This document shows, piece by piece, positions 39,580 to 49,592 of a stretch of 64,000 nucleotides of DNA. The DNA comes from an uncultured Solirubrobacterales bacterium (GTDB taxonomy: Bacteria; Actinomycetota; Thermoleophilia; Solirubrobacterales; Solirubrobacteraceae), in the NCBI GenBank assembly GCA_963743725.1, contig CAVURH010000008.1, positions 924-64,923 of the forward strand. Reading direction: 5' to 3'. Every line of letters starts with the position of its first letter. The stretch's first letter is position 1. A program made the translations under genes and the position numbers. The notes beneath the pieces are model-generated. The model was given only the letters and a program-made list of their open reading frames with translations. It did not search any database and was not told where the DNA came from.

Positions 39580-40794
39580 TCAGCCGAGAGTCTCGTCCAG
39601 CCAGTCGTACACGCGCTGGTGAAAGAGGCGGCGGGCGGTGGCCTCGCAGTGCCCGCCCGCGCCCTCGGCGGCCGTGAACTTCAACAGCACCTTGCGTTCC
39701 ACCGGTAGGGCGTCGAACAGCTTCTCTGCGCCGGCACCGACTGGGTCTCCTTCGCTCTGGGTGAGGAGGGTCGGACAGCTGATCTGATCGGCAACGTCTG
39801 AGATGCGGTAGCGGGTGAGGTCGGCGAACAGATCGAACAGCGTCGCCTTGTCATTGACCCACCGGCCCCGCTGAAGCAGGGACCAGCGGAGCGACGGGTC
39901 GCCGTCCGGTCCCTCCAGGAACTCTTGCATCGGGTCCAGCGCGTGGCGTTCTACGCCGTCCGGGAAGCTCGCCCTCGCTTCATCGCTGAGCGGGAGGCGA
40001 GCGACCAGGCCGTCGCGCAGGTCCCACTGGCCAGGGTCGGCGATCAGAGCGGCCAGCCGCTGCTCAGAAGCCGCCGCGCGCGGCGCCAGGAAGCCTCCGA
40101 GGCTCCAGCCGGCCAGCACCACACGGTCCGGGTCGACCTCTGGGCGTCCGAGCAGCCAGTCGAGCACGGGACTCACGACCGTCTCCCAGTCAGGGCGCAA
40201 CGGGATGCCGTCCCGGATCAGGTTACGACCCTGGCCGGGCCCGTCGAACAACAGGATGTCGTAGCCCCGCGCGATCGCCGCCGGGACGTGCGCCGCGAAC
40301 ATCTCGGTGAGATCCGAGTCGTACCCGTTCGTGTGGACGATCGTTCCCCGGCCGCCACCTGGGCCAGGGCCGCGAGCGAATAGCCCGGGCAGGCTGCCGC
40401 CCTCGAACGGAATCTCCACCAGCTCAGCGTCTGACCCCGGCAGCCTGACCATGGACTCCAGCGCCATGCTCTCGCGGCCGAAGGCGTCCACCAGCCGTGG
40501 ATCCACGGGAGCTCCGTAAAGCGGCTGGTAGCTCGTGCGGTAATAGATGGCGGCGCGCAGATACGCCTCTCGGGCACTCACGACGTGGCCCGCGTCCTCA
40601 CTTTCGCGGGCGGCGGCGGTCAGACGGTCAGCGGTCGCGGTCCACTCCCGGTGCCACGCGGCTGCGTCACCGTCGTCGCCGATGCGCTGCATCGTCGTAA
40701 GGCATTCGCCGAAGTCGGCACCCCCGTAGGTCGCCATGAACAGCGTCCGGGTCGCGAACTGCTCCCACAGCGGGTCATTGCTCAGCAATGGCAT
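39580..40794 (-). CDS. Alpha/beta hydrolase (DUF1100/FrsA-like)
   Basis: 404 aa. Nucleophile elbow LAGWSLGG. FDGPGQG. Confidence 0.8.
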   Translation of the reverse strand: MPLLSNDPLWEQFATRTLFMATYGGADFGECLTTMQRIGDDGDAAAWHREWTATADRLTAAARESEDAGHVVSAREAYLRAAIYYRTSYQPLYGAPVDPRLVDAFGRESMALESMVRLPGSDAELVEIPFEGGSLPGLFARGPGPGGGRGTIVHTNGYDSDLTEMFAAHVPAAIARGYDILLFDGPGQGRNLIRDGIPLRPDWETVVSPVLDWLLGRPEVDPDRVVLAGWSLGGFLAPRAAASEQRLAALIADPGQWDLRDGLVARLPLSDEARASFPDGVERHALDPMQEFLEGPDGDPSLRWSLLQRGRWVNDKATLFDLFADLTRYRISDVADQISCPTLLTQSEGDPVGAGAEKLFDALPVERKVLLKFTAAEGAGGHCEATARRLFHQRVYDWLDETLG

Positions 40795-40962
40795 GGCACG
40801 TCTCCCGAGTCAGATGATGTGCTCCACATCATTGCTGCTCGCGATCCCCGAGTCCGCGGGCCGGCTGGGTTTGACCGCGGTCGGGCGCTCGCGCCGGGCG
40901 GCGCGCGAGCGACCCAATCCGGTAGGCCCTCGCAGGTGCGGTGGCCGCAACCGCCTCCGTTC

Positions 40963-41766
40963 CTAGCCGAGGAACGAGTGGAAGCCGCCGAGCGGCTGAG
41001 GCAGCTTCGGGTGGAACTGCTTGAAGTGATACGGCTTGCTGGTGTCGAAGCCAGCCTTCCCAGCGGCCGTCTTGTCGGCGAACGGCGTCAGTGCGGTGAT
41101 CGCCCGGTGGATGCTGGTCCACTTGAGCGTCCGCTCGTAACCGTTGTTGTTCGGTGGATCGACGCTCTCGGCCTTGCCCTGGATGCCGGTGACCTTCTCG
41201 ATCGGCCCGCCGTCGCGCTTGGCGACGCCCGGCGCGACGACGCGCGCGAGGGTGCGATGGTCGCTCTCGATCCCCATGATCCGGGCAGCCGTGACCCGCA
41301 GATCGGCGGTGCTGAAGTCCCGCACCCCGACGAGGTAGGCGGCGATGAACGCGTCCTCGAGCGTGACGAGGATGTTCAGTGTCGTCTGCGCGTCGGCGAA
41401 CATCTTCGGCGGGTAGTAAAAGGTCGTGAACGGCGACGGCTTGCCGGTCGCGCCCTTCTCGAGCAGGTAGTGCGACATCTCCTCCTGGCGGGCGGCCTTG
41501 AGGTATCCCTGATCGTCCGACGCCAGCCGCTTGAAGAACGGAGACCGATCGATGATGTTCGTATAGGTGGTGACGGCCAGCGCCTCAGCGATCTGAGCAG
41601 CGCCGAGAATCGCGACGTCGCCCTTCGTCGGACCGCTCGCCTTCGCCGCCGCAAACGACGGGACCAGCGCCTGCAGCCCGCCGGCACCGGCGAGCGTGCC
41701 TGCACCGACCACGGCCCGTCCGAGGAAAGCCCGACGGTCCGTTCCCGAGAATCCTTGTTCCGACAT
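40963..41766 (-). CDS. Tat-exported ferritin-like domain protein
   Basis: 267 aa from MSEQGF. Twin-arginine motif TDRRAFLGRAVVGAG. LGAAQIAEALAVTTY..EEMSHY..LEDAFIAAY..GIESDHR. Confidence 0.75.
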   Translation of the reverse strand: MSEQGFSGTDRRAFLGRAVVGAGTLAGAGGLQALVPSFAAAKASGPTKGDVAILGAAQIAEALAVTTYTNIIDRSPFFKRLASDDQGYLKAARQEEMSHYLLEKGATGKPSPFTTFYYPPKMFADAQTTLNILVTLEDAFIAAYLVGVRDFSTADLRVTAARIMGIESDHRTLARVVAPGVAKRDGGPIEKVTGIQGKAESVDPPNNNGYERTLKWTSIHRAITALTPFADKTAAGKAGFDTSKPYHFKQFHPKLPQPLGGFHSFLG

Positions 41767-41894
41767 TGCCCGACACTCCTCTTGTTGACGTTGCTGTCGC
41801 ACTCCAGTACGTCGCGGACGTCGGATTGGATCAATCCGTGATGGCCGTGCCCCCTCGCCCTGGGCTTCTCCTTGTCCGGCTGTCGGTCAGGCGG

Positions 41895-44250
41895 TTATTC
41901 GCGGGCGATCATGGCGGCGGCCTCGCGCTCGAGGTCGACGTAGGGCTCGCCGCTGACGTCGACGGCGCCAAAGTGGATTGTGCCGCCGGTGAACGGCCAG
42001 GGCCGCTGGCCGGGGTAGTCGTAGGTGATCGCGTGGAGGCTACGCCCGACGGTCAGCCCGGATCCGGTCAGGCCGAAGGTCGCGGGCTGGGTCTTGATTT
42101 GCCCCTCGCCGACCTTGTCCTCGCCGTAGTAGAGCGACAGAGTCCCCGTGCAGACACCCGGCTTGCCCTCGCTGTCCTTGACGAACTCGGCCGACAGGAG
42201 CAGGTTATCGCCGACCGGCACGTCCTCGGTCGCGTCGATTTTCTGCTCGAGCATGCCGACGAAGTTGTAGACGTAGTGCAGCCGGTTGTCCTTGACGTAG
42301 AGCGTGTGCCCGCCGAAGTGCGAGCCGTGCGCGAACAGCACCCCCTGTGCCCCCGGCGCCGGGATGTCGACCCACATTCCGATGATGTAGTCGCGGTTGC
42401 GGACATTGACGGCTAGTGCCTCCGGGACCTCGGCTACGCCGGGGAAGTAGCGGTAGCGGTCGCGCGGGCTGGTGATCTGGGGACGCGGGGTGGTGATGAT
42501 CTCGACCGGCGAGCGGTCATCGAGCGGGAATGCCCCGTTGGCGCCTGCTTCGGAGAACCACAGGTTGATCAGCTCGCGCAGCTTCTCGGGGTGCTCTGCC
42601 GCGAGGTCGTGGAGCTCGGCGCGGTCGGTCTCGACGTTGTAGAGCTCCCATGTGTCTTCGTTGAAGTGGCTCCAGCCGGCGACCGTGGGGTGGGTGGTTA
42701 CGGCTTTCCATCCCTCGTGCCAGATCGCCCGCGAGCCGAGCATCGAGTAGAACTGCGTCGATCGCGCGTTTGGGATCGAGGCGTCGTTGAAGCTGTACCG
42801 CATGCTGATCCCGTCGAAGCTGCTCTGCACGTGCCCCTTGATCGTCTCCGGCGGCTCGACCCCGAGGCAGTCGAGGACGGTCGGCACGATGTCGATCGCG
42901 TGGTGGTACTGGTGGCGGATCTCGCCCTTGGCCTCGATCTCCTTCGGCCAGGAGATGATGCACGGATCGCAGCTGCCGCCGTTGTACTCGTAGCGCTTCC
43001 ACATCTTGAACGGCGTGTTGAACGCCATCGCCCAGCCGTTGGGGTAGTGGTTGTAGGTCTTCTCGCTCCCGAGCTCGTCGATCATCGCCAGGTTCGTCTC
43101 GATGTCATCGGGAATCTGGTTGATGAACTTGTTCTCGTTCAGCGATCCGTTCGGCCCACCCTCGCCGCTGGCCCCATTGTCCGAGACCACCACGATGATC
43201 GTGTTCTCGAGCTGCTCGGTCTCCTCCAGATACGCGAGCAGGCGACCGATCTGCCAGTCAGCGTGGGCGAGGAACCCCGCGTAGACCTCGGCCATGCGAC
43301 AGAACAGCCTGCGCTCGTCGTCGGACAGCGAACCCCACGGGCGCGTGAAGTCAAGCTGTGGGAACGGCTCGTCCGCCCGGGCCCTTGCGATCCTGTGGGG
43401 TCCCGATCGGGTTGAGCGCCGGGAGCTCCGTGTCCTCGGGGACGATCCCGAGCTTCTTCTGGCGCTCGAGCGTCTGCTCGCGCATCGCCTCATAGCCGAT
43501 GTCGAACCGGCCCTTGTACTTCTCGATCCACTCTCTGGGTACCTGGTGGGGGGCGTGGCACGCGCCCGGCGTGTAGTAGAGGAAGAACGGCTTGTCCGGG
43601 GCCACCGCCTTCGCGTCCATGATGAACTCGAGCGCCCTGTCAGTCAGATCCACCGTCAAGTGGTAGCCGTCCTCGGGCTGGGAGGGCTGGTCGACCGGAT
43701 GGTTGTCATAGACCAGGTCCGGATGCCACTGGTCGGTCTCCGCGCCGAGGAAACCGTAGAAGCGCTCGAACCCTCGCCCTGTCGGCCAGTTGCGCCGGGT
43801 CGAGGCGAGATGCATCTCGTCGGTCGGGCACAGATGCCACTTCCCGGTCATGTACGTGTTCCAGCCGAGCTCGCCGAGGATCTCCGGGAGCATCCCGTTC
43901 TCCGGCGGGATCGTGCCGCTCGCGTTCGGGAACCCGATCGCGGCCTCGGTGATGCACGCCATGCTGTTGCGCGTGTGATTACGACCCGTCAGCAGGCACG
44001 AACGTGTCGGCGAACACAGCGCCGTGGTGTGCCACTGCGTATATCGGACCCCGCTGGCGGCGATCCGGTCGATGTTCGGCGTCTCCACCGGGCCGCCGTA
44101 ACAGCCGACCGCCGCGAAACCAACGTCATCGAGCACGATATACACCACATTCGGCGCTCCGTCCGGAGCCCTCGGCGGCTCGAACGGCGCCCAATCAGGA
44201 ACCGAGTCGCGAATATCGACGTTGACGACTCCCTTGAATGGCTTGCCCAT
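41895..44250 (-). pseudogene. Arylsulfatase (formylglycine-dependent, AtsA-like), +1 frameshift near 43374
   Basis: The N-terminal part has NVVYIVLDDVGF and CSPTRSCLLTGRN (CxPxR), ending ..IGTPQDRKGPG. It continues as DEPFPQLDFTRPWGSLSDDERRLFCRMAEVYAGFLAHAD.. in ORF 41895..43493. Length is 2356 nt, which is 3n+1. Confidence 0.85.
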
Positions 44251-44356
44251 GAACGGCCTCGATTCGTCTGCGCGTCTACCCGAGAGATGTGACCCCTTCA
44301 CACTCCCGGGTCACCGGTGGCCGAGCATCATCCAGATCGGGTGATCTCTCCAAGCA

Positions 44357-45541
44357 TCATCTCCACGTGATCAGGTCGGCCTCGCCCCCAAGCGCGATCG
44401 GACTCTCGCAGCGGGGCCACCCCCGGGCGATCCGGCTCTCGATCTCGGGCCACGACGGGATCCCGCTGGTCGGGTCGATCGCCTCGACGCTGCATGCACC
44501 GACGGCGGTTGCGGCCGTCGCCGCCTCGGCCAGCCCCGCGCCGCGCAGCAGCGCGGCCAGGAACCCGGCGACCGTGGCGTCGCCAGATCCGGTGGTGCCG
44601 ACCACGGCCCGAGGCGTGAAGCAGGGGGCGAGCACTTCCTGCCCGATCCAGTCACGAGTCCTCAGCCCAAGCCGGTCGCAGTACCGGCTGATTCGCGACG
44701 AGTCGGACGAGGCCCGCACGTACAGTCCGTGATCGCCGAGCTTGATCATCGCCACGGCGCTGCCCATCGAGATGATCGACTGGCTGAGCGCACGCAGTTG
44801 CACGACGTCGACGGACGCGAGACCTCGCTCCAAGAACTGCCCGTGCGCCGTGCGGTCGAGCATGTAGAGAAGCTCCTCGATGCTCGGGCAGAAGAGGTCG
44901 ACGGATGGTAGGCAGTTGGCGAGGATCTCCCTCCAGTCCACCTGCCCGGCGTCGCTGTCCGGATCGAGGGCGCACATGTCCAGCGATGTCGCGGGGCCGC
45001 TCTCGCGCACGCGCGCGAGCATCTCCAGCAGCTCGCGCCCACCGTCGGCGTACATCCGTGGCATCAGCGGCGGATAGCCGAAGTGAAACACGCGCGTATC
45101 GCCCAACCGTTCATAGGGCACATCCCCGGCGCCGAAGGTCTCGTTCACGCCCGGGCAATGGAGAAAGCTGCGATCGACCCCAGGTGGACTGACGACGATC
45201 GTGTAGCTCGTGGCCTGCCCGATGGCCACCCCGATGTCGTCGGCGAGGCCCGCCTGCGCGAGTGATCGCCGCACCGACTCGCCGAACAGGTCGTCGCCGA
45301 CCTTGCCGACGAGCTGTACATCGATCCCCAGCCTGTGAAGTGCGAGCCCGGTGTTGGTGACGACCCCTCCGGTCGAGAGAGCAGCCGGACCGACCGTCAC
45401 CAACCGGCCGGGCTCGAGACGCACCGGCCCGTATAGGTGCGGAAAGAGATCGAGCGACACATGGCCCGCGACGACTGCCTTGGACAAGTTGCGAGGACGA
45501 TAACGGTCCGTGATCGCTAGCCTGCGATCTGGTCTCGGCAT
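44357..45541 (-). CDS. PfkB-family carbohydrate kinase
   Basis: VVAGHVSLDL..GGVVTNTGLAL..GTTGSGDATVAGFLAALL. The start is ATG 45541, or alternatively TTG 45487. Confidence 0.8.
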   Translation of the reverse strand: MPRPDRRLAITDRYRPRNLSKAVVAGHVSLDLFPHLYGPVRLEPGRLVTVGPAALSTGGVVTNTGLALHRLGIDVQLVGKVGDDLFGESVRRSLAQAGLADDIGVAIGQATSYTIVVSPPGVDRSFLHCPGVNETFGAGDVPYERLGDTRVFHFGYPPLMPRMYADGGRELLEMLARVRESGPATSLDMCALDPDSDAGQVDWREILANCLPSVDLFCPSIEELLYMLDRTAHGQFLERGLASVDVVQLRALSQSIISMGSAVAMIKLGDHGLYVRASSDSSRISRYCDRLGLRTRDWIGQEVLAPCFTPRAVVGTTGSGDATVAGFLAALLRGAGLAEAATAATAVGACSVEAIDPTSGIPSWPEIESRIARGWPRCESPIALGGEADLITWR

Positions 45542-46520
45542 GAAGTCTCTGGACGCCAAGCTCGACAGCCTCCACGCCGATCCCGTAAACGCGCGCGACT
45601 TCATCCTCGCCGACGCGAAGGACGCGGACATGGCATTCGGTCTCGCTGCCACCGGCATGGACCATGGGACGGGGCGCCCGAGGTCGATGGCTGAGTTCCG
45701 AGACCGGATGCGGGAGGTCGTGCAGCAGGGTCTGGTCGACATCATGCTGATGAGCGTGAGCAACTGCGAGGTGCTTTCGGGCGACGAGGGCCTGTTCGAG
45801 GACTCACCCATCACGCCGGCCGTCCGCGCGAACGACACCACCGACATCCATGTGCTTCACGGCGCGTCGTATCAGCATCAGCCCTCTCAGCTCCTGCGTA
45901 CCCCCCGAATCGACGAGCTCGCAGCGCATGCGAATCTGGCGCTGTACTCACTGACGCCGCTGGGCGATGCCGAGCGTGACGCTCGTGCGTTGGAGGCATA
46001 CCGTGAGTTCCGCCGGGAAGCCGAGGATGTCGGCGTCCGCCACCTTCTGGAGGTGTTCGCCCCGAACGTGCCCGGCGCCGTCGCGCCCGAGGATCGCGGC
46101 CGATTTCTTTCGGACTTCGTTGTGAGAGCGCTGGCCGGTGTCCCCCGCGCCGGCCGGCCGATCCTCCTGAAGATGCCGTACCTGGGCCCGGACTCGCTGG
46201 AGGCACTCGCAGCCTACGACCCCCATTTGATTCCGGGCATTCTCGGTGGGTCCGCCGGCACCACGTTTGACGCGTTCTTTCTGCTCGAGCAGGCCCGCCG
46301 ACACGGCGCTCGCGCGGCGCTCTTCGGCCGCAAGATAAACCGCAGCGAAGACCAGCTGACGTTCGTGCGCTATCTCCGGCTCATCGCCGACGGCGAGATT
46401 GAGGCGGCCGAGGCATGCCGGGCGTACCACGCGGACCTCGCGCGGCTGGGCTGCAGGCCGCACCGCTCGCTGGAGGACGACCTTCAGCTCACAGAGCCCG
46501 CGTTGGCGGGGACGACCTGA
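45540..46520 (+). CDS. Aldolase-like (beta/alpha)8 TIM-barrel protein
   Basis: 327 aa. DFILADAKDADM, HLLEVF, ILLKMPY and GILGGSAGTTFDAF..ALFGRKIN suggest a class-I-aldolase/DUF2090-like barrel (family assignment from memory). It is divergent from the kinase. Confidence 0.5.
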   Translation: MKSLDAKLDSLHADPVNARDFILADAKDADMAFGLAATGMDHGTGRPRSMAEFRDRMREVVQQGLVDIMLMSVSNCEVLSGDEGLFEDSPITPAVRANDTTDIHVLHGASYQHQPSQLLRTPRIDELAAHANLALYSLTPLGDAERDARALEAYREFRREAEDVGVRHLLEVFAPNVPGAVAPEDRGRFLSDFVVRALAGVPRAGRPILLKMPYLGPDSLEALAAYDPHLIPGILGGSAGTTFDAFFLLEQARRHGARAALFGRKINRSEDQLTFVRYLRLIADGEIEAAEACRAYHADLARLGCRPHRSLEDDLQLTEPALAGTT

Positions 46521-46576
46521 CGTCCGAGCCGGCGCGTCGTTAGGGTTGCGACGGAGATACCGATCGTGGAGGGAAC

Positions 46577-46847
46577 ATGGCCGTTTGTCTTGTGATCAAC
46601 ATTCCTGGAGGAACGCTCGAGCAGTACGACCAGGTCCGCGGCGCCATCGAGCCCCTCGGCGACGGGCAGATCTCGCACGTGGCAGGCGCCACCGCTGATG
46701 GGTTCTGCGTGGTCGACGTCTGGGAGTCGAGGGCGGACTTCGATCGGTTCATGGGGGAGCATCTCGGTGAGCAGCTCGCCCGCGCCGGCAGTCCCGCAAC
46801 CCCAGATCGTCGAGTTCGAGGTCCACGCCTCCGAGCAACGCGCCTGA
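46577..46847 (+). pseudogene. ABM/Dabb-like small protein, +1 frameshift near 46797-46800
   Basis: MAVCLVINIPGGTLEQYDQV..FCVVDVWESRADFDRFMGEHLGEQLARAGSP then continues as PQIVEFEVHASEQRA* in the next frame. Length is 271 nt, which is 3n+1. Confidence 0.5.
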
Positions 46848-46873
46848 TCCGGCGCTTCGCGCGGGGTACCCGC

Positions 46874-48292
46874 CTAACGCCTTAGCGCCCGCAGCTCGAT
46901 CGGCAGTCCGTCCCCCGGGAACGTGCCGGTCCCGTAATCGAGGATCGGCTCGTAGCCGGCGGGGACGCTCCACGAGTTGCGCAGCAGGAGCTGGTGCATG
47001 ATCGCCTTGACCTCCATCGAGCCGAAGTGCATGCCGATGCACTTGTGCACTCCGCCGCCAAACGGCGTCCAGGCGTACTTGTGCGCGGCATCCTCGCGCC
47101 GCTCGTCGCTGAACCGCTCGGGATCGAACGTGTCGGGGTTCTGCCACCAGGGCTCCATCCGCTGGGTGGCGTACACGCCGACCATCACGCGGCTGCCGGC
47201 GGGGATGTAGCGGCCGTCGATCTCCGTGTCCTTGATCGCGCGTCGGGCGACGGTGCCGACGGGTGCGTTCATGCGCAGCGTCTCCTTGAACACGAGGTCG
47301 ATCGAGGGCAGCGAGTCGAGGTCGTCATATCCGATCGCGTCCTTGCCCAGCGCCCGCGACTCCTCGCGCAGCCGCTCCTGCCACTCGGGGTGGCGGGCGA
47401 GGTAGTAGCCCATCATCGTCACCGTGATCGTGCTCGTGTCGTGCGCGGCCATCATCGTGAAGATCATGTGGTTGACGACGTCCTCGTCGCTGAACCGCTC
47501 GCCCTCCTCGGTCTCGGCCCGGCAGAGGACGCTGAAGAGGTCGTCCTCCCGACTCGCACGCTTGGCCGCGAGCTGACTGCGGAAGTACTGCTCGAGGCGG
47601 CGGCGGCTCTCGAGCCCGCGGTGCCATTTGCCGCCGGGCACGTCCGCACGGATGATCGCCTGCCCACCGACCACCACGTCGATGAAGGCGGCGTTGAGAC
47701 GATCCGTCTCGGCGTTCGCCTCGGCGCCCATGAACACCTCGGTGGCGATGTCGAGCGTCAGCTGCTTGGCCGCCGGATAGAGCTGGAAGCCGCTACCCGG
47801 GCGCCAGCGCGAGAGGCCCTGCGTGATCGCCGGGTTCATCTTGTCGAGGTAGGCGACCAGCCGGTCATGCTTGAACGCCTGCTGCATGATCCGCCGGTGG
47901 TGACGGTGCTCCTCGAAGTCCATCAGCATCACGCCGCGGTCGAAGAAGGCCCCGATCAGGGGATCCCATCCGAGCTTGTTCGAGAACGCCCGATCGCGGT
48001 TGACCAGGATGGTCTCGAGCCCGTCGGGCCCGAGCACGTTGACCCAGCGACCTCCGAGCGCGTTGACCCAGAACACCGTCCCCAGCCGCTGGTGGTAGTC
48101 GCGCGCGTGGCGCAGGCCGTCGTGGAGGAAGTCGAGCGTGTGCCCGACGACCGGCACGCCGGAATCTCCCATCACCGGCTTCAACCCGCTGCCCGCAGGC
48201 GGCACCGCGAGCGGCCGGACGGGAGAGGCAGGGGCACGCTCGATGAGCGAAGCGGCGACGCCGCGCGCCTTCAGCTTGACCGGTGTGCCCAT
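46874..48292 (-). CDS. Cytochrome P450
   Basis: 472 aa from the ATG at 48292, with AGGAG 5 nt upstream. Heme loop FGGGVHKCIGMHFG. ETLR (EXXR). AAHDTST I-helix. Confidence 0.9.
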   Translation of the reverse strand: MGTPVKLKARGVAASLIERAPASPVRPLAVPPAGSGLKPVMGDSGVPVVGHTLDFLHDGLRHARDYHQRLGTVFWVNALGGRWVNVLGPDGLETILVNRDRAFSNKLGWDPLIGAFFDRGVMLMDFEEHRHHRRIMQQAFKHDRLVAYLDKMNPAITQGLSRWRPGSGFQLYPAAKQLTLDIATEVFMGAEANAETDRLNAAFIDVVVGGQAIIRADVPGGKWHRGLESRRRLEQYFRSQLAAKRASREDDLFSVLCRAETEEGERFSDEDVVNHMIFTMMAAHDTSTITVTMMGYYLARHPEWQERLREESRALGKDAIGYDDLDSLPSIDLVFKETLRMNAPVGTVARRAIKDTEIDGRYIPAGSRVMVGVYATQRMEPWWQNPDTFDPERFSDERREDAAHKYAWTPFGGGVHKCIGMHFGSMEVKAIMHQLLLRNSWSVPAGYEPILDYGTGTFPGDGLPIELRALRR

Positions 48293-48424
48293 GGATCTCC
48301 TCGGATCGGCAGTTCTCGCCGTTGCCGGCGACCGCACCTGCGCGCACCGGGGATCGTAATGCCCCGCGACGCCGGCGACCGGGTCACGCCGCCTCAGACG
48401 TAATTCTCACGCTCTTCTCCCGGC

Positions 48425-48477
48425 CTCCTTACGGCCCTCGAGCAATGTGGCTGCTCCCCTCAAGCAACCGTAAGGAG
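48425..48477 (+). promoter_or_regulatory. Shine-Dalgarno-sequestering hairpin in the 5' leader of the PepSY gene
   Basis: ctccttacgg (48425-34) is the perfect reverse complement of ccgtaaggag (48468-77). The latter contains the AAGGAG that lies 4 nt before the ATG at 48482. Confidence 0.4.
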
Positions 48478-48481
48478 AGTC

Positions 48482-48914
48482 ATGAGGAACATGAGATCGA
48501 TGCTGATAACGGGCGCGGCGGTCGGAGCGGCCGCGGTCGGCGGCGCGGCGATCGCCAGCGCCGCAAGCTCCACAACGACGACGTCGAGCTCCAGGATGCC
48601 GTCCGCACCGCAAGGTGCGCCGGCGTTCCCCGCCCACGGGACGGCCGCGCACGAGGACGCGGAGAAGGCGGTCACCGGCGCGGCGGCTGCCAAGGCCCGC
48701 GCGGCGGCGGTCAAGCTCGCCGGTGGCGGCACCGCCGGTGCGGTCACGACCGACTACACCGGCAACGGGTACGAGGTGACCGTCACCAAGTCCGGCGGCG
48801 GCACGGTCGAGGTTCACCTCGACAGCTCGTTCAACGCCCTGAAGCGCCCAGGCGGTCCGGGCGGTCCGGGCGGTCCCGGCGGCCCCGGGCGGTCCCGGCG
48901 GGTACGCCGGCTGA
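48482..48914 (+). pseudogene. Secreted PepSY-domain protein with (GGP)n tail, +1 frameshift near 48887
   Basis: Signal peptide. AEKAVTGAAAAKARAAAVKLAGGGTAGAVTTDYTGNGYEVTVTKSGGGTVEVHLD. The fifth 9-nt repeat unit carries an extra G. The corrected frame ends GPGGYAG* at 48912-14 instead of running into the next gene. Confidence 0.55.
48851..48896. repeat. Tandem 9-nt coding repeat (ggcggtccg) x5
   Basis: ggcggtccg ggcggtccg ggcggtccc ggcggcccc g-ggcggtccc. This encodes GGPGGPGGP. Confidence 0.8.
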
Positions 48915-48981
48915 GAGCGCTGGTGGCGTGGGCGGCGGGGCGGCCGCCCACGCCTCACCCCCTGGTTAGGATCCGGCCAGG

Positions 48982-49566
48982 ATGGGCGTCCGTCTCGCCG
49001 AGCTCGATGATCACGCGGAGCTGACTCACGTTCTCGCCCGGGCGTTCGACGATGACCCGATCCAGCGGTGGGTCTTCCCCAGCCCACGGGTGCGCGCCCG
49101 GTACGGCGATCAGTTCTTTCGCTGGTCGCTCTGGCGGTGCGCGGACCAGCACGTGAGCTGGACGACCGACGACCTGGCCGGCGCCGCGCTGTGGATGCTG
49201 CCCGACCGCTGGCAGGTGACGATCCCGCAGCTCGCGCGGCTGGCCAGATGGGCCGGCCTCGGCGTCCGGTGGCGGGCGCCCCTGGTCGCGTGGGGACTGA
49301 CCGCGGTCGAGCGTCATCATCCGGGCGACCGGCATCTGTATCTCGCGGTGCTCGGCGTCGATCCGGCTCGGCAGGGGGCCGGCCTCGGTTCGGCACTGCT
49401 GGCGCCCGGACTCGAGCTGTGCGATCGCGACGGAATCGCGGCCTACCTCGAGACGGGGAAGGAGCGCAACCTCGCCTTCTACTCACGGCACGGATTCCAG
49501 GTCACGCACGACCTCCGCCTCCCGGCCGGACCGCCCGTGTGGCTGATGCGCCGCGAGCCGCGCTGA
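48982..49566 (+). CDS. GNAT-family N-acetyltransferase
   Basis: 194 aa. LAVLGVDPARQGAGLGSALL..AYLETGKERNLAFYSRHGF. Confidence 0.85.
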   Translation: MGVRLAELDDHAELTHVLARAFDDDPIQRWVFPSPRVRARYGDQFFRWSLWRCADQHVSWTTDDLAGAALWMLPDRWQVTIPQLARLARWAGLGVRWRAPLVAWGLTAVERHHPGDRHLYLAVLGVDPARQGAGLGSALLAPGLELCDRDGIAAYLETGKERNLAFYSRHGFQVTHDLRLPAGPPVWLMRREPR

Positions 49567-49592
49567 CGCGGCCCGCCTGGCCGCGGTCGCCG

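Noticed and set aside
48851-48896. Short tandem repeats that might suggest a CRISPR or VNTR array
   Set aside because: The units are 9 nt, contiguous without spacers, and in frame, encoding a GGP repeat. This is coding low complexity, not CRISPR.
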